DNA of 63,843 bases, the filler included, from Octopus bimaculoides (Eukaryota): NCBI RefSeq assembly GCF_001194135.2. It is 7 parts of 5 records of this genome, joined end to end, with 100 filler letters (N's around TTAATTAATTAA, not from the genome) between each part and the next. Parts side by side here need not be neighbours in the genome. Positions count along the whole stretch, not along the records: positions 23,169 to 31,338 come from NC_068988.1; positions 31,439 to 41,269 come from NC_068988.1; 5 more parts are not named here. One strand, given 5' to 3'. Positions 25,513 through 38,952 of this stretch are shown piece after piece. The number at the start of each line of letters is the position of its first letter. Positions within the stretch are counted from its first letter, which is position 1. The notes beneath the pieces were generated by a model. It saw only the letters and a program-made list of their open reading frames with translations, ran no database searches and was not told the DNA's origin. Made by a program: the position numbers and the translations under genes.

Positions 25513-25579
25513 AATCTTTATGTTGGGTAGTTTTACGACCTCTAAAACTTCTAAAGACTTTGATTTCTCTTTATCACCT

Positions 25580-25619
<40 letters not shown>

Positions 25620-26869
25620 TCTTTCTCCTCTCTGTCTGTCTGTCTGTCTCTCTCTCTTAGGCTTTCTGATGTTTTCTGTCTGTCTTCATTTCCTTCTTTC
25701 TACCTGATTTTTTTATGGTCTGTCAATTGTACAGTCTGAATTAACATACATATTCTGTCCATATTTTATGTATGTGTGTAAGGAATTATTTGTACGAGGT
25801 TCAGTGCATGCCCATCTGTATACACATATATACACAAAATTATCTAAATCTACATATTTCTGGGAGAGAATGTAATTACTTATTTGCAGGATCCAATTGA
25901 ATCGAGGCATTTTAATGACAAGAATACCAGAGTAGGGTATATCTGTGTATCAATGGTATATATGGCCACTCACGCATATATTAATGTATATACGGACTTG
26001 TTTTACCACTTGCATACACATACACATGAACAGATCAATATACTCATCGCCTAGTTTGTTGACAGGTTTATAACCTATTATCTACCTTTGATTTGTAAAT
26101 TCACTCTCTGATTATCGCCGAGATGAGGGAGTCAAAGAATATGTTCATTGTGAGGCAAATCGTAAATTCTAAATTTTTAATTTAAGTTTTTATTCACTTG
26201 TAGAAAACCGTTTACTTCCTGCTGTAATTCATTCGTTCACCAATAAAAAGAAAACGCACCTGAAACAGCTGCAGTGAACCTCAACCCATTTGTGTCCTTA
26301 CTTATATGTATATATATATATATGTGTGTGCGTGTATAAAAAGTTTTAATAAAAGATTTTCTATAGCATATATAACAATGACCAACATGTGCTTTTACTG
26401 CAGCAACTGCACATTGCTCTATATGCAATTATGCATCCTAGTTGCTGCAATTTCATCAAAGGTCCATCACTTACGACGTTTTCAAAGTGAAATAATTCAA
26501 ACAAGCTTCCTGCGTTGATATTCAGTTGAAGGTGATAGCGTTACTTTTTAAATCGAATTTAATTCTTGTCTTATAATCACCTCTACTAGTATCGTGGTTT
26601 TAAAATGTTTACTTATGTTACAATTAATTCTAGCAATTTTGGTTACATTTTACTGTATGGAGTACATTATTTATTCAGAGGTATTTCATTTATTTTGGGT
26701 TTATACCCTCAATTAATATAATTGTTATTATTATTATTATCATTATTATTAGTATTATTTGCATAAATATCATTAATTATCACAATCGTTATTTTAACTA
26801 GTATAAAATATTATAGATGGTAAGTTATATTTCTTTAAATCGTTTAAACGTATATTTTATCCAGTGTGG

Positions 26870-27830
26870 ACATCTCTAGCCTGTTCCTGTCTAGTGTTTA
26901 TAAGAGTAAATTCAGAAGTAAAAATTGGAACATTCCTCCAACATAAATATTACATCTATTATCGCTATTCTATAGGGTTTTGCTTGACTAATTATTCCCC
27001 AAGCAATCGAAAATACTTTGTTACTATCTTTTACACCCCAAATTAGCCTACTAAGGCTGGTAGTATTTATTTTGCCCCTATTTATAAACGAACTTAAATG
27101 ATTGGCAATTCTCTGCTCAATATAACATGAGCTAGCTCCTATATAGAAATACTATTCTCTGGGGTAATCTTACATCTGTATACGATATTTCTATGCCTAC
27201 AAATAGAGTTAAGTGGACAGACCCTGTGCCTTGCACAATCGCATTTAATAGTTCTAGTACTTCTATTACTAGTATCCACTTCACCTACTCTAGATGTAAA
27301 TTCTATATTTCCCTCTCTAACTTACTAGTCCTTTCCACATAGACAACATTCTGAGTACTTTGCTTTTTAGGATTCACATGTACTTCCAGGTTAATTGTGG
27401 CGTTCCCTCGGATCTCTTCAGTTTTATTTGTTGTCAAACCATAGTTCCTATCTCGATCTTTAGTTGTGTTACTTATGGTTTGTTCGCTCATGTTGACATT
27501 GTTGCTATTTATTGATTTATAATTATAATTCTGGTTATTATTATTTCTATTGTTCATATGGAAACTGTTAAATTTACTAACGCTGTGTGTTGCTATAATT
27601 TGTGCTAGATTTTTGCTATTACAGAAGGTTAATCTAAAACTGTGTTTATTCCAAATTCTATAGTATTTACTGTCTTTTGGGAAATGTTTAGTCAATGCCG
27701 AATAAAATAATTTTGGTATATTGTAAATTATTTGTTTCTGAAGGGAATTATATACCATTCGATATAGCTAGCGGTATCCATGTTACTGAGGTATGTATTT
27801 TTATTTCTACCTAAGCTTTGTGTAAAAGTG
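26870..27830 (-). pseudogene. Penelope-like element linker + GIY-YIG remnant (a third, divergent family)
   Basis: Minus-strand translation with frameshifts: IEWYIIPF; KHFPKDSKYYRIWNKHSFRLTFCNSKNLAQIIATH (ORF 27303-27758); CDCARHRVCPLNSICRHRNIVYRCKI...YIGASS..IEQRIANHLSSF; TSLSRLIWGVKD. Confidence 0.8.
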
Positions 27831-28989
27831 TATAATCTATTTATCTGGTTCTTATTACGGCATTGGGTTTGCTCGTTATTATATTTGTCAATTATTATAT
27901 TTGTCAATTATTATATTTGCCAATTATTTGCATATTGATATTCATAGAGCTTATTTACCCTATCTGAATGGGACCTCTTAGTAGGTCCACTTTGTACTTT
28001 ATTCGGCACATATTGAAATAAATTTGTACTCTTCTTTTTGTTTCTAGGTACTCTGTTGCTATATTCTAATTGCACAGACTTCCTATCTTTAACTCTTCCT
28101 ACTGGGTTTTTTTTTGGGGGGGGAGGTAGCGGTGTTCTTCATATTATGCTAACTATTATGATTATTATGAATGCAATCCATCCCGCTACTTATATTATTT
28201 TTATTATTACAACCGTTAAAATAATAAAAATGTTTCTGTATTTCCCGCCTTGTATGTGTGTGTGTGTGCGCGCGCGCGTATGTGTTTATAAATACATACA
28301 TACATACATACATACATACATACATACATGCATGCATGCATGCATACATTGTGTGTGTGTGTGTGCAGAGGGCAAATGAACAGAATCAAAGAGAAAGTAA
28401 GTGTGAAGGTTAAAAAAAGAAGTGAAAAGGGAGGCGATTGTTAGGGTGAAAATAGAGGGGAGACGGGCAGAGAGAGACAAACAGAGGTAGTGACAGAGAG
28501 AACCAGAGATCGAGAGAGGAGAGAGAGAGAAAGAGAGACGGGGAAAACGGGAAGTAGAGAAGATAATGTTAGCTGGTTGTAGTAAATAGTGCGGTGAGTG
28601 TCTAGTACAGAGAGGGAGGAGAAGAAAAGGAATAGGATAAGTGTGTTCTGTGTGCGAGTGTATGAAGGAATCGATGATGTGCGTGTGTACGCGTGTACAC
28701 ATACCCGCGTGTATGTACGGCTAAATAAAACAAATAGAATGTGCACGCGTATGAAGCGCGTTTTTCGGCTGAATGAAAAGAGTGATGTGTGCATGTGTGT
28801 GTGTGCATATACACACATACACACATAAATAATAAACATATATACATGTGTGTGTGTGTGTGTGAATGTACGTATCGCTAACTGAAGAAAATGAAAGATT
28901 GTGGTTCGTGTGAAAACAAATACAATAGGAAGAATGCAGAAAGACTAAACAGATGAGTCAGGATGCGATTGAAAACCCATTTTAGTTGA

Positions 28990-29313
28990 GCGAGTCAGTG
29001 AGCGAATGAGTGAGTGAGTGGGTGAGTGAGTGAGTGAGCGAATGAGTGAGTGAGTGAGTGAGTGAATGAGTGAGTGAGTGAGTGAGTGAGAGAGTGAGTG
29101 AGTGAGTGAGTGAGTGAGTGAGTGAGTGACTGAGTGACTGAATGAATGAATAAGTGAACGAGTGAGAGAGTGAGAGAGTGAGTGAGTGAGTGAATGAGTG
29201 AATGAGTGAGTGACTGACTGAATGAATAAGTGAACGAGTGAGAGAGTGAGTGAGAAGACTGAATGCACCTCGAATACGTATGAGCGTGTGTGTGAGAGAG
29301 AGAGAGAGAGAGG

Positions 29314-29355
<42 letters not shown>

Positions 29356-29490
29356 GAAGAAGGAAAGAGAGAAAAGAACCGACAGTGATAATTGCGATAA
29401 TTGCGAAGAAATTGGAAGAATGAATAAGAAAAGCGAAAAACCAAATAAACCCCCAAAAAAGAGACTAAATAGATAGATAGATAGACAGAG

Positions 29491-29549
<59 letters not shown>

Positions 29550-29550
29550 A
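28990..29550. repeat. (GAGT)n, (GA)n, (GAAA)n, (GATA)n compound array
   Basis: Direct sequence. Explains the SHSL/SIYL ORFs. Confidence 0.95.
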
Positions 29551-30636
29551 AAATACACTGAGAAGAAAAAGGATAACAAAGCATTGAAGATAGCCGGTGT
29601 GGGGAGAAATAGAGGAAAGAAGGGGCCGTGTTGGGCGGAGAAGTATTGGTTAGATAAAATAGGAAAATATGGTGAGTCGGAGACAGAAGTTACGGAAGAA
29701 GGCTATGAATATGACGGGTAACTGCGGGAGGAGGAGACATTGTTCTGTTATTTTTTTTATGTAGTCTGATGGTGAAGGTGTTCTCGCTGGGATCTTTGTT
29801 ACTGTTGTTGTTGGCGGTGGTGGAGATGGTGGTGATGGTCGTGGTGTATATATATCGTAGTTGTTGCTGGTTGGTGGTAATGATAAAAGTAGCAAAGATT
29901 GTGGAAGATTGGACACTGTTGTGTGGCCCCGGGTCAATCCTAATTAAGCAGACAACGTGGAATCACAGCATTCCAGCCATAATTACTCATCTTTTAATCA
30001 ATCACAGCATAAAATAACAAGGTGTGATAGTGTGGAGATTTAGCTGCTATGTCTAGCATATCCATGGATCACGGAGAGATACGGTTTGTTGTTGCAGTAG
30101 TTGCAGGCAGCAGCAGCAGAGAAAGCAATACCATCAGCAGCAGCAGTTGTGGCAGCAAAGATCTGGGGAAGCAGAGTTGATTCGGTAGTAGTAGTAGTAG
30201 TAGTAGTAGTAATAGTAGTAGTAGTAGTAGTAGTTGTAGTAGTAGTAGTAGTAGCGTCTTTTCTGCTTAGCTGCAATATTTCGAGATCGCCGCCAAAGCC
30301 GCTACCTCTGCTAGAGCCTTCTTTTTATTGTTACTCTCGTTGCCCTTGCTGTCATTTCTCTTGCTACTGCTCCTGTTGTGGTCGTTCTCATGGCTGTTGT
30401 ATTATCATGATGGTAGCCATCTTTGCTTTGCTGCCTTAAAATAAGTACTCATAAAGCAAAGCCCATACTCATTAGATGTGCTTCATAAACATGTGCATAC
30501 AAACTATCATACAAACATGGGTGATACCGTACTAAATTCTGGTGCCTCAAATTCAGTACCATGTTCATCTGAATCTAAACACACACACGCACGCACACAC
30601 ACACACACACACACACGCGCGCGCACAAACAAACAA

Positions 30637-30703
<67 letters not shown>

Positions 30704-30765
30704 CATACATACATGCATAAATACATACATACATTCATTCATACATACATACATACATACATTCA

Positions 30766-30796
<31 letters not shown>

Positions 30797-31460
30797 TACA
30801 GCATTATTAGCGCACCAAGCATAAGTTAAAATATGTTTGTGACATATTTCAACCAAAGGCAAATTCATTTCACTTACTGTGGAGAAAAAGTTCTCACTTA
30901 TGGTAAAAAGGTGTAAACACAGCAAATATGTCCAGTGCTGCCCCTTGTCAGAATCTTATATATATTCCCATGTCCTTCTAATTGTTGTTTCTCTTGTCCA
31001 CCTTTGTATCGCGTATCTATCCGAATGTTTTAATGCCCTCTATTGGGTTTTTGTTCCATTTACACACACATATATATATATATATAATAATAATACATAT
31101 ATATATAATAATAATACATATATATATATATATGTGTGTGTGTGTGTATTATTTATTTAAAAGCGGCAGAAATATAACAAAAAATTGTTACTCGGAGTTT
31201 CACGTTGAAGCTCCGAGTAACAGTTTTTTGTTATATTTCTGCTGCTTTTAAATAAAGCATATTACTCTACCTCTGGTATTTGAGTACTCTTTTTTCCACC
31301 TTGTTGCACATTTATGTGCTTACTCCGGTATATATATANNNNNNNNNNNNNNNNNNNNNNNNNNNNNNNNNNNNNNNNNNNNTTAATTAATTAANNNNNN
31401 NNNNNNNNNNNNNNNNNNNNNNNNNNNNNNNNNNNNNNCCTGTGTGGCTAATAAAGAAAC

Positions 31461-31492
<32 letters not shown>

Positions 31493-31793
31493 GTGTCTCT
31501 GTGTCTCTGTCTATCAGTCTGTTTGTCTGTCTGTCTGTCTGTCCGCCTCTTTCTCGCTCACACACTCATAATGTATAACTATCTGTATGTGTGTGTGTGT
31601 GTATGTGTGTATGTATGTGTGTGTGTGTGTGTGTTTGTGCGTGCGCGTGTGTCACATCATATTCTTTTATATCAATGAACGTGCATGAGTTCTATGTAAA
31701 TATGACAATTCAACACTCAGAAAATATTGTTGTTGCTTGCCCCTTCTCACATAAGAGCCAATATACGACTATATTTTAGAATTTTATAAACGA

Positions 31794-31827
<34 letters not shown>

Positions 31828-32039
31828 GCTTTTTATCAGGTAATGATACAAACATTCATTCTGGCCTTCTTTTGTTGATAGATCTGGCAGTATGAACGCG
31901 CACGTTGGCTGAAGAATTTTAGAATTTCCTTAGCGTGTGATGACTGTGCCCTGTGATCCAACACCGGACCTCTGATACTAGGAGGAAGAAGCCTCCCTCA
32001 AATAGGAGACATAATCTTAATGTTTGCTGTATAGCTGAC

Positions 32040-32210
32040 ACCGCTAAAGTTACCTACCGGTGTTAAGTGACGTATTAAACCAAGCGACCAGTTTAGATAA
32101 CCGCACACCTAGGACAAGGCGACAGCTGATCTCAGAACGCCAACATCCAAAACAAACATCACATGGCATCCACGCTGATGATGTTACACTTCTGCTACTC
32201 ACTATCTGAG
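32040..32210 (+). pseudogene. Highly decayed non-LTR reverse transcriptase fragment
   Basis: ...SHGIHADDVTLLL resembles the RT [YF]ADD motif; PTGVK upstream resembles TGVRQG. Confidence 0.35.
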
Positions 32211-32385
32211 ACTGCTCTATTTTTTTTTATACTTTTAATCGAAATCGAAAAACCCAAAAGTAATTTGACCACCACGGTCGGACTTGAATTCAGAACGAAG
32301 AAGGAAGTACGTAGCGTTTTGTCCAACCTATTAGTCTAGTAATTAGAAACCAGTACATGTGGTCAGTATACTTCTCTGTCTAGAC

Positions 32386-32822
32386 CAATGGTCCCCAAAA
32401 AGGGGTCTGCGGAAGCCTGCTGGTCCGCAAAGGTGGTACTGGCTGTCCGTGAACAAAATAAAAAATTTCTTATGTATATACAGGGTTGCCCAAAAGCAGG
32501 TTTGCAGTTATCACGTAGGAACTTTAAATTTCTTTGAAAGCATTTTATTACATTTAAATTTCTATCTTACAAACCGAAAAGGAAGCTTGAGAAAATTAGC
32601 TAAATTAGCACAGAATAATGTTTTCATTTCTTTTATAATTCAGATCTGAACTGTTAATATATGAATTCGAAAGAGATAGTTGAATAACTGTAAACCTTAC
32701 TTTTAGGACGCTCTGTATAAATAAGGATAAGTATATGAAATGGCGTCCGTAAGAAAACTCATTTAAATAAAAGGCTTGGGAACCCCTGTTGGAAACCACT
32801 GTGAAAAGGTTGGGAATCGTTG
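32386..32822. mobile_element. hAT (Charlie-type) MITE
   Basis: Termini caatggtccccaaa / aggttgggaatcgttg. 8-bp flanks gtctagac / gtttagaa match at 6 of 8 positions and fit the NTCTAGAN target preference. Confidence 0.6.
32481..32715. mobile_element. Tc1/mariner MITE nested in the hAT MITE
   Basis: TA|cagggttgcccaaaa ... ttttaggacgctctg|TA. Confidence 0.6.
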
Positions 32823-33194
32823 GTTTAGAAACCATTGGTCTGTGAAAAGTTTGCGAACCATTGGTATTAAGAATAATTGTAAATGATATAAACTTATTAC
32901 ATTTTATAACTGCGATTACCAGAACATGAAAGCTTATAAAGTCTTATAATTTTTAAGTAGTTGTTATACAAATTTAAATATTTTCTGTTTTTTACGTCAG
33001 ACTTTATTCTATATCAGTATGTGGGAGTGCTTGTGTGTGTGTTTGTGTGCGTGTGTGTGTGTGTGTGAGATAGAGAGAGAGGGAGCGATCACCATCATCT
33101 ACTTTTATAAGTAGTATGTACATAAATTATATAAATTATTTCTCTTCCATCTCTCTCTCTCTCTCTATTTGTATATATATGTGTGTGCGCGCGC

Positions 33195-33226
<32 letters not shown>

Positions 33227-34030
33227 GTGCGTGTGTGTTTAGGTGTACGTGAGTGTGTTCCCGTGTTTATGTGCATATTTTTTAGACGTATATAAGTGGA
33301 GTCGTACATGGTTTTATGAATTTACGAGCGACGATTTTTCTTCGTTACGTAGTTTTGTATGACTGAAAGGTACATTCTAGTCGCAAACAATTAATTTTCC
33401 GGCGTCTTTTAGTCTAGCCATATTTTCGAAGCCATTCCTCACTAAAGTCTCAGATATGAACAAACAAATTTTCTGTTTAAGAAATGGAGAGATTTTTGGC
33501 GCCATTTTGTAGGTATTCTTCTGTGTTCATTGTTTCGTTAGAACAGAAATAGAAATTCGAGTGAGCTTTGAAATGTCTTTCCTGTAAATATAAACGACAG
33601 ACGTATTCCACTCAGATACGTTGTGAGACTGACAACATGTTTTCAAAGAGACAGACGCCACGATTTTTTGATTTTTGGAAATATCAATGTATGTAAATGT
33701 ATGTGTGCGAGTACGTGTTTGTTTGTGTGTGTGTGTGTGTGTGTCTCTGCATGTGTATATGCAGCAACATATGTACACATGTGAATATACACATACAGAC
33801 ATTAACACGCGCAAGCGCACGCGCACGTATGTACGTGCGCTAATATGTATATGGTCTTGGCGTCGTGATGGAAGTCAAGATGTCAAGACACGTTCGCTTT
33901 AATTTCCATATGTAATAGTATACATAAGTTCGTGCGTATGCGTGTAATTGTATGTGCCCCATATATATACATACATACCTACATACATGCATGCATATGT
34001 ATATATGTATACATACATGTATATATACAC

Positions 34031-34066
<36 letters not shown>

Positions 34067-34275
34067 NNNNNNNNNNNNNNNNNNNNNNNNNNNNNNNNNN
34101 NNNNNNNNNNNNNNNNNNNNNNNNNNNNNNNNNNNNNNNNNNNNNNNNNNNNNNNNNNNNNNNNNNNNNNNNNNNNNNNNNNNNNNNNNNNNNNNNNNNN
34201 NNNNNNNNNNNNNNNNNNNNNNNNNNNNNNNNNNNNNNNNNNNNNNNNNNNNNNNNNNNNNNNNNNNNNNNNNNN

Positions 34276-34345
<70 letters not shown>

Positions 34346-36240
34346 GAATACATTGCGCTGACATATCTTTGCCACTTCAATTCTAAGTTTTCAACCGAAG
34401 TGCACGGAATCTTTGATATCATTTAGTAAAATGACCAGTAAATGAAATACACCACCCACTGCCGAATTTCTGCACGTTATATCATGGTACATTTTAAGAA
34501 ACCATTCGCAAGTCATGTGTTCTATACAATCACAGTAGTACAAATTCATTACTGTTAGTTAATCACCTAATATTTATTCACTCAACTTGGTCTCTCTTTA
34601 TCACTCTTCTTGTCTTTACGATATAGTTAACCTGAGTATATACTAATCGGTATAGTGTTTTGTGACTAGCAGCTTCACCTTAAAGGTAAATGTGTTTTCA
34701 TTCCATACTCGATTCCTTAATACGCAGGTTTCTGGTACAGCTTTTATTTCAGCAGCATTGTATACTCGTCAACCTGAAGCAAATATGGACTAACGAATTT
34801 AACAAATCCCGATGTTCTTTGTATAACTTTACGGAAGAGAAATATTTTCCGTTCTATGCTGATATATGCCAACCAATTGAAATCGTTCTATAGCCGTCGA
34901 GCAGCAATAATGAAAATGATTTGGACATTTTTTCTTAATACATTTCGTTAGATTCGGAGGTCAACCTGCTCATCGTTGTTGCGATTCCTAACAGGCGAAC
35001 AGTTATAACTTTAGGACGATTGTGTGGTCATAACACATTCGATTCATTAATATTATAGATTCTGGGACTTAATGTGTGGCACCAGACGGCATGCATGTTT
35101 TTTGTTCATCCTTTTGCATTATGACTGTATTACCTACTCCAATAGTGTGCCAATGTGTTTTGGAGCTAAGGCGGCGGTTTTTACTTGGCCAGTACCTATG
35201 ACATGGAGAGGAAATTCGTAGAACCTCCAGCAACTACAATGAAAATTCTATTTAAAGTATTTTGTAACAGTTGCTGATGATTTTTGTAGAAGCTAACACA
35301 TTAAGATGATTTTGTAACATTGACTTGCAAAATCCTTGAATAGTACTGCGCAAAGATATCAAAGACTTGCAAGGTACGAACCGGCAATAGCCCCAAATCA
35401 TAAAGACCGTGGGATCGAAATGAACAGAAAAGAAAAATCTGGATAAAATATTCCTAGTAATAGAGAAAATAGAGAAAACGATTATTGCTGTAATGCTTTT
35501 GATAACAGTTGAGCTCACCTACGTTAAAATAATGACAAACTTGTTTCGTAATATTTAACCAATTACCTCTTCCTCCGAATATTAGAATAATTTGTCATTA
35601 GGTAAGGTATAACTATATCATCCTTAGGGGAAATATTTCCAATAAATTCTATGCCCGATCATAAACATCGGATATAAAATAGCTTTTGAAGCGAAGTGAT
35701 CTATAACACTGAAAATCTCCATTTTAAGATACAATTTAGGGCCTATGCAGGTTTCGAAGGAATTGCAAAAATGTTTGCTCCAGGTTTCAGTTTTATAAGT
35801 GAAATTATTTTTATATTGGAAATTCTCCTTATGGAAGCATCCTTCCTGATTTAAAATGTTATTCAAAATATCGATAAATCGTCTTGCAATTCTTTACATA
35901 ATTCTTTTCTCGCAACTCAACGCTTGGTTCTTTCCATTCTATATTCTCATGCGAAATATGATTCATGATATTCATTCAGCTGGCGTGATAAGATGATTGG
36001 AATAGATTATACAAAAACATAGTCATAATATAAAATATCCTTCTCTATATGCTTCATAATTGTATTTCACCCAGGAAGCGTTCAGGTGTGCTCGGCTTTG
36101 CTTTTCGGAAGCAATGTTTGCTAAATGATTCAAAGATGCTTACATAATGATATGCAAATATATATATATATTTACACACGCACACACAGACGCACATACA
36201 CACACACTCACACACAAACACTCACACGAACACACACACA

Positions 36241-36294
<54 letters not shown>

Positions 36295-38915
36295 AACATA
36301 TATAAATATGAATATTTATTATACGTGTTATTATGTATATTTATATATATATGTACATAAATATATCATCCATTCATATACATACATATTTATAAATACG
36401 TATATATATATATATGTATACTTGTGTACGTATCTATGTAAGCATCTCTGCACACTCGTTTGTGTATGTGTGTGTATGAGGGTGCGTGTGTGTGTGTGCA
36501 TCTGTTTTTGCGTAAATGCTAATAAAGGACACAAATAACAAAAATAGGGAATGGGAGGTAATTATGTTTTTTTTAATATATTTACGTATTACTTTGACGT
36601 GTCAGAAAACCTTTATAGATCTCAAGTCATGCATCTCTCCCTATATAGTGATAAAAATTGCATTGAAATGAACACTATCGGGCAAGCCAATCATTATTTA
36701 ATAGTGAATGATTTACATTTCCATCGACGTCAATTTTTGTAATCCTTATCAAGTTGGTATTACACTCAAACGCATATATAATGGTGAAATGTTATGCTCT
36801 AATTCAAACTGAATTCTTAGAATGGTAGACATTTTGATACGGCATTGCGTAATCCTTTCCATTTCTGCATGAGAGGAGGGCGCAATGCGTAATGTCTTTA
36901 AATATGAAATGAAAACAGCCCATTAAATATGTAGCGGAATATAGCTTGTTAAATCAAACAAAAGAGAAAGCTTTATAAAAATAAATTGCAGTTGAATGGG
37001 AGTTTAAAAGAGAACTATAAAAGGTATATTTTTTTTATTCTGCTAGTGGAGAGATCGTGAAAAAGAGAATGAATTTAAATGTAAGTTTTCAGATCTTTCC
37101 AAAGAAAATAATGTTTGCAAAGAATATAAAAATGAAAGAGCGTTCACCCCAAATAATATATGCCGTTTTCGATTTATGATAGGCCGTAATATACAATTCG
37201 TAAATAAACGATCTCTTAGGAAAACTTATAAATATATGTGTCTTTGGGTATGTGTGCGCTGTGTATATATGCATATGTGCATACACACACACACACACAC
37301 ACACACACANNNNNNNNNNNNNNNNNNNNNNNNNNNNNNNNNNNNNNNNNNNNNNNNNNNNNNNNNNNNNNNNNNNNNNNNNNNNNNNNNNNNNNNNNNN
37401 NNNNNNNNNNNNNNNNNNNNNNNNNNNNNNNNNNNNNNNNNNNNNNNNNNNNNNNNNNNNNNNNNNNNNNNNNNNNNNNNNNNNNNNNNNNNNNATATAT
37501 ATATAAACGCCCACTGCCTGATTACATTTTTCGTTTTGTTCTCTCCGTCCCGACTTCAAATTGTTTAGAATGTTACCAATTTACATGGTCAAAACTTTGA
37601 AGAATGGAAATAGAGGCTATGTCTTCAGGAGTAATGACCCTGAAGTGTTTGAAGCCAGTTTAAAAAGTTTTCACGGCTGGTTTCAGGAATCCGTTCAAAA
37701 GAACTTTCATCTCTCTTACATAGCTCTGGTAGATTAGAAACACGTGTCCTGGTCGTCTTTGTTATCCCTCGGTAGTATTTGCTTTGCTGCTACTGATTTT
37801 ACTTGTTCGAAGTCAGTAATGTTTCTCCCATAATTCTGTTTACTTTGAATGTCACCTTGATTGAATCGCACAACTTTCTTCAACTCCCAACTGCAGATGA
37901 CCTATGTCTCTATTTTGTATTTGAGTTCGGGAATGACACTCGTGTAATATCCTTCTGTGTGTCTGTTTTGGTTCTCAGAAGTTCATATTCTAACACGCCT
38001 GCTGGGAATTTCTTCAAATTCACGGCAACTTCTTAATTGATATTATGTACAGTCGCGAAATGTATTCTTGCGCAGCAAATCTTTTTAATGTCTCTGTTCT
38101 AGAGGACCTCCCTGAAATTGCTATCTAATATTTCTTTAAATAACACATTAAAGTGTAAACAAAAGAATAACATTTCAACATAGTAGCAGTACTCTTTATC
38201 CAGGTGCTTTTCAAAAGGGATAAACCTGAGATCAACAAGGATAATCAAAACAAAAGTCGATCAACAGAAGCAAATAAGCAGCAATAAACGCAACAATAAT
38301 AACAGCGACATCAATAGGACCAGGAACAACAACAAATTATTATCCTCAATGCCTATGTTTGAAAATTGTCGCTTAATATATTTGAGATGGCAGTGGAGGC
38401 AAGACGTTTTTTATAAGCAAATACGTATTAGTTTGCTATATTTTAGATGTGCTAAAGCTAAATGTGGAAATAGAACGGTTACGATGAGAACATATTTGAT
38501 CAGAGTTATGACCCGTATTAGATCCAGAAGTATCACAGTGAAAGATTTCGTCATTTAAATGTTATTTCTTACCGTAATCTTTTGTTACATTATAAACAGA
38601 TATAAAAACTGACAAAACTATTTCGTCTTAGTTGAAGATTAAGAGACATTCCTCGTCATATTGAAATGTCAGACAGAATAATCTTCGGATCCCACACAAA
38701 CCAAATATCGAAGTTAATATTAAAAAAATGTACATAAAATTAGACGTACAAATTTATGAAGGTGTGAGTGTGTATAAACAATGTTTAAAAAGAAAACTTA
38801 ATATTGTGATATAAAGAAAATGTGAAACAAAAGACGCATATATGCATACAAACGTCACTCTAACTAAATTTCACTTATATACAGACACATACAAAACACA
38901 CACAGACACACACAA

Positions 38916-38952
<37 letters not shown>

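Noticed and set aside
26475-26509. Minus-strand GSLFELFHFENV, kinase subdomain V-like micro-exon
   Set aside because: Weak acceptor and no other kinase motifs found in the window.
28945-29579. SHSL/SIYL repeat ORFs
   Set aside because: Translations of tetranucleotide microsatellites.
35125-35245. Minus-strand CWRFYEFPLH resembling the Helitron Rep motif WRIFEFP
   Set aside because: The flanking sequence shows no other Rep motifs.
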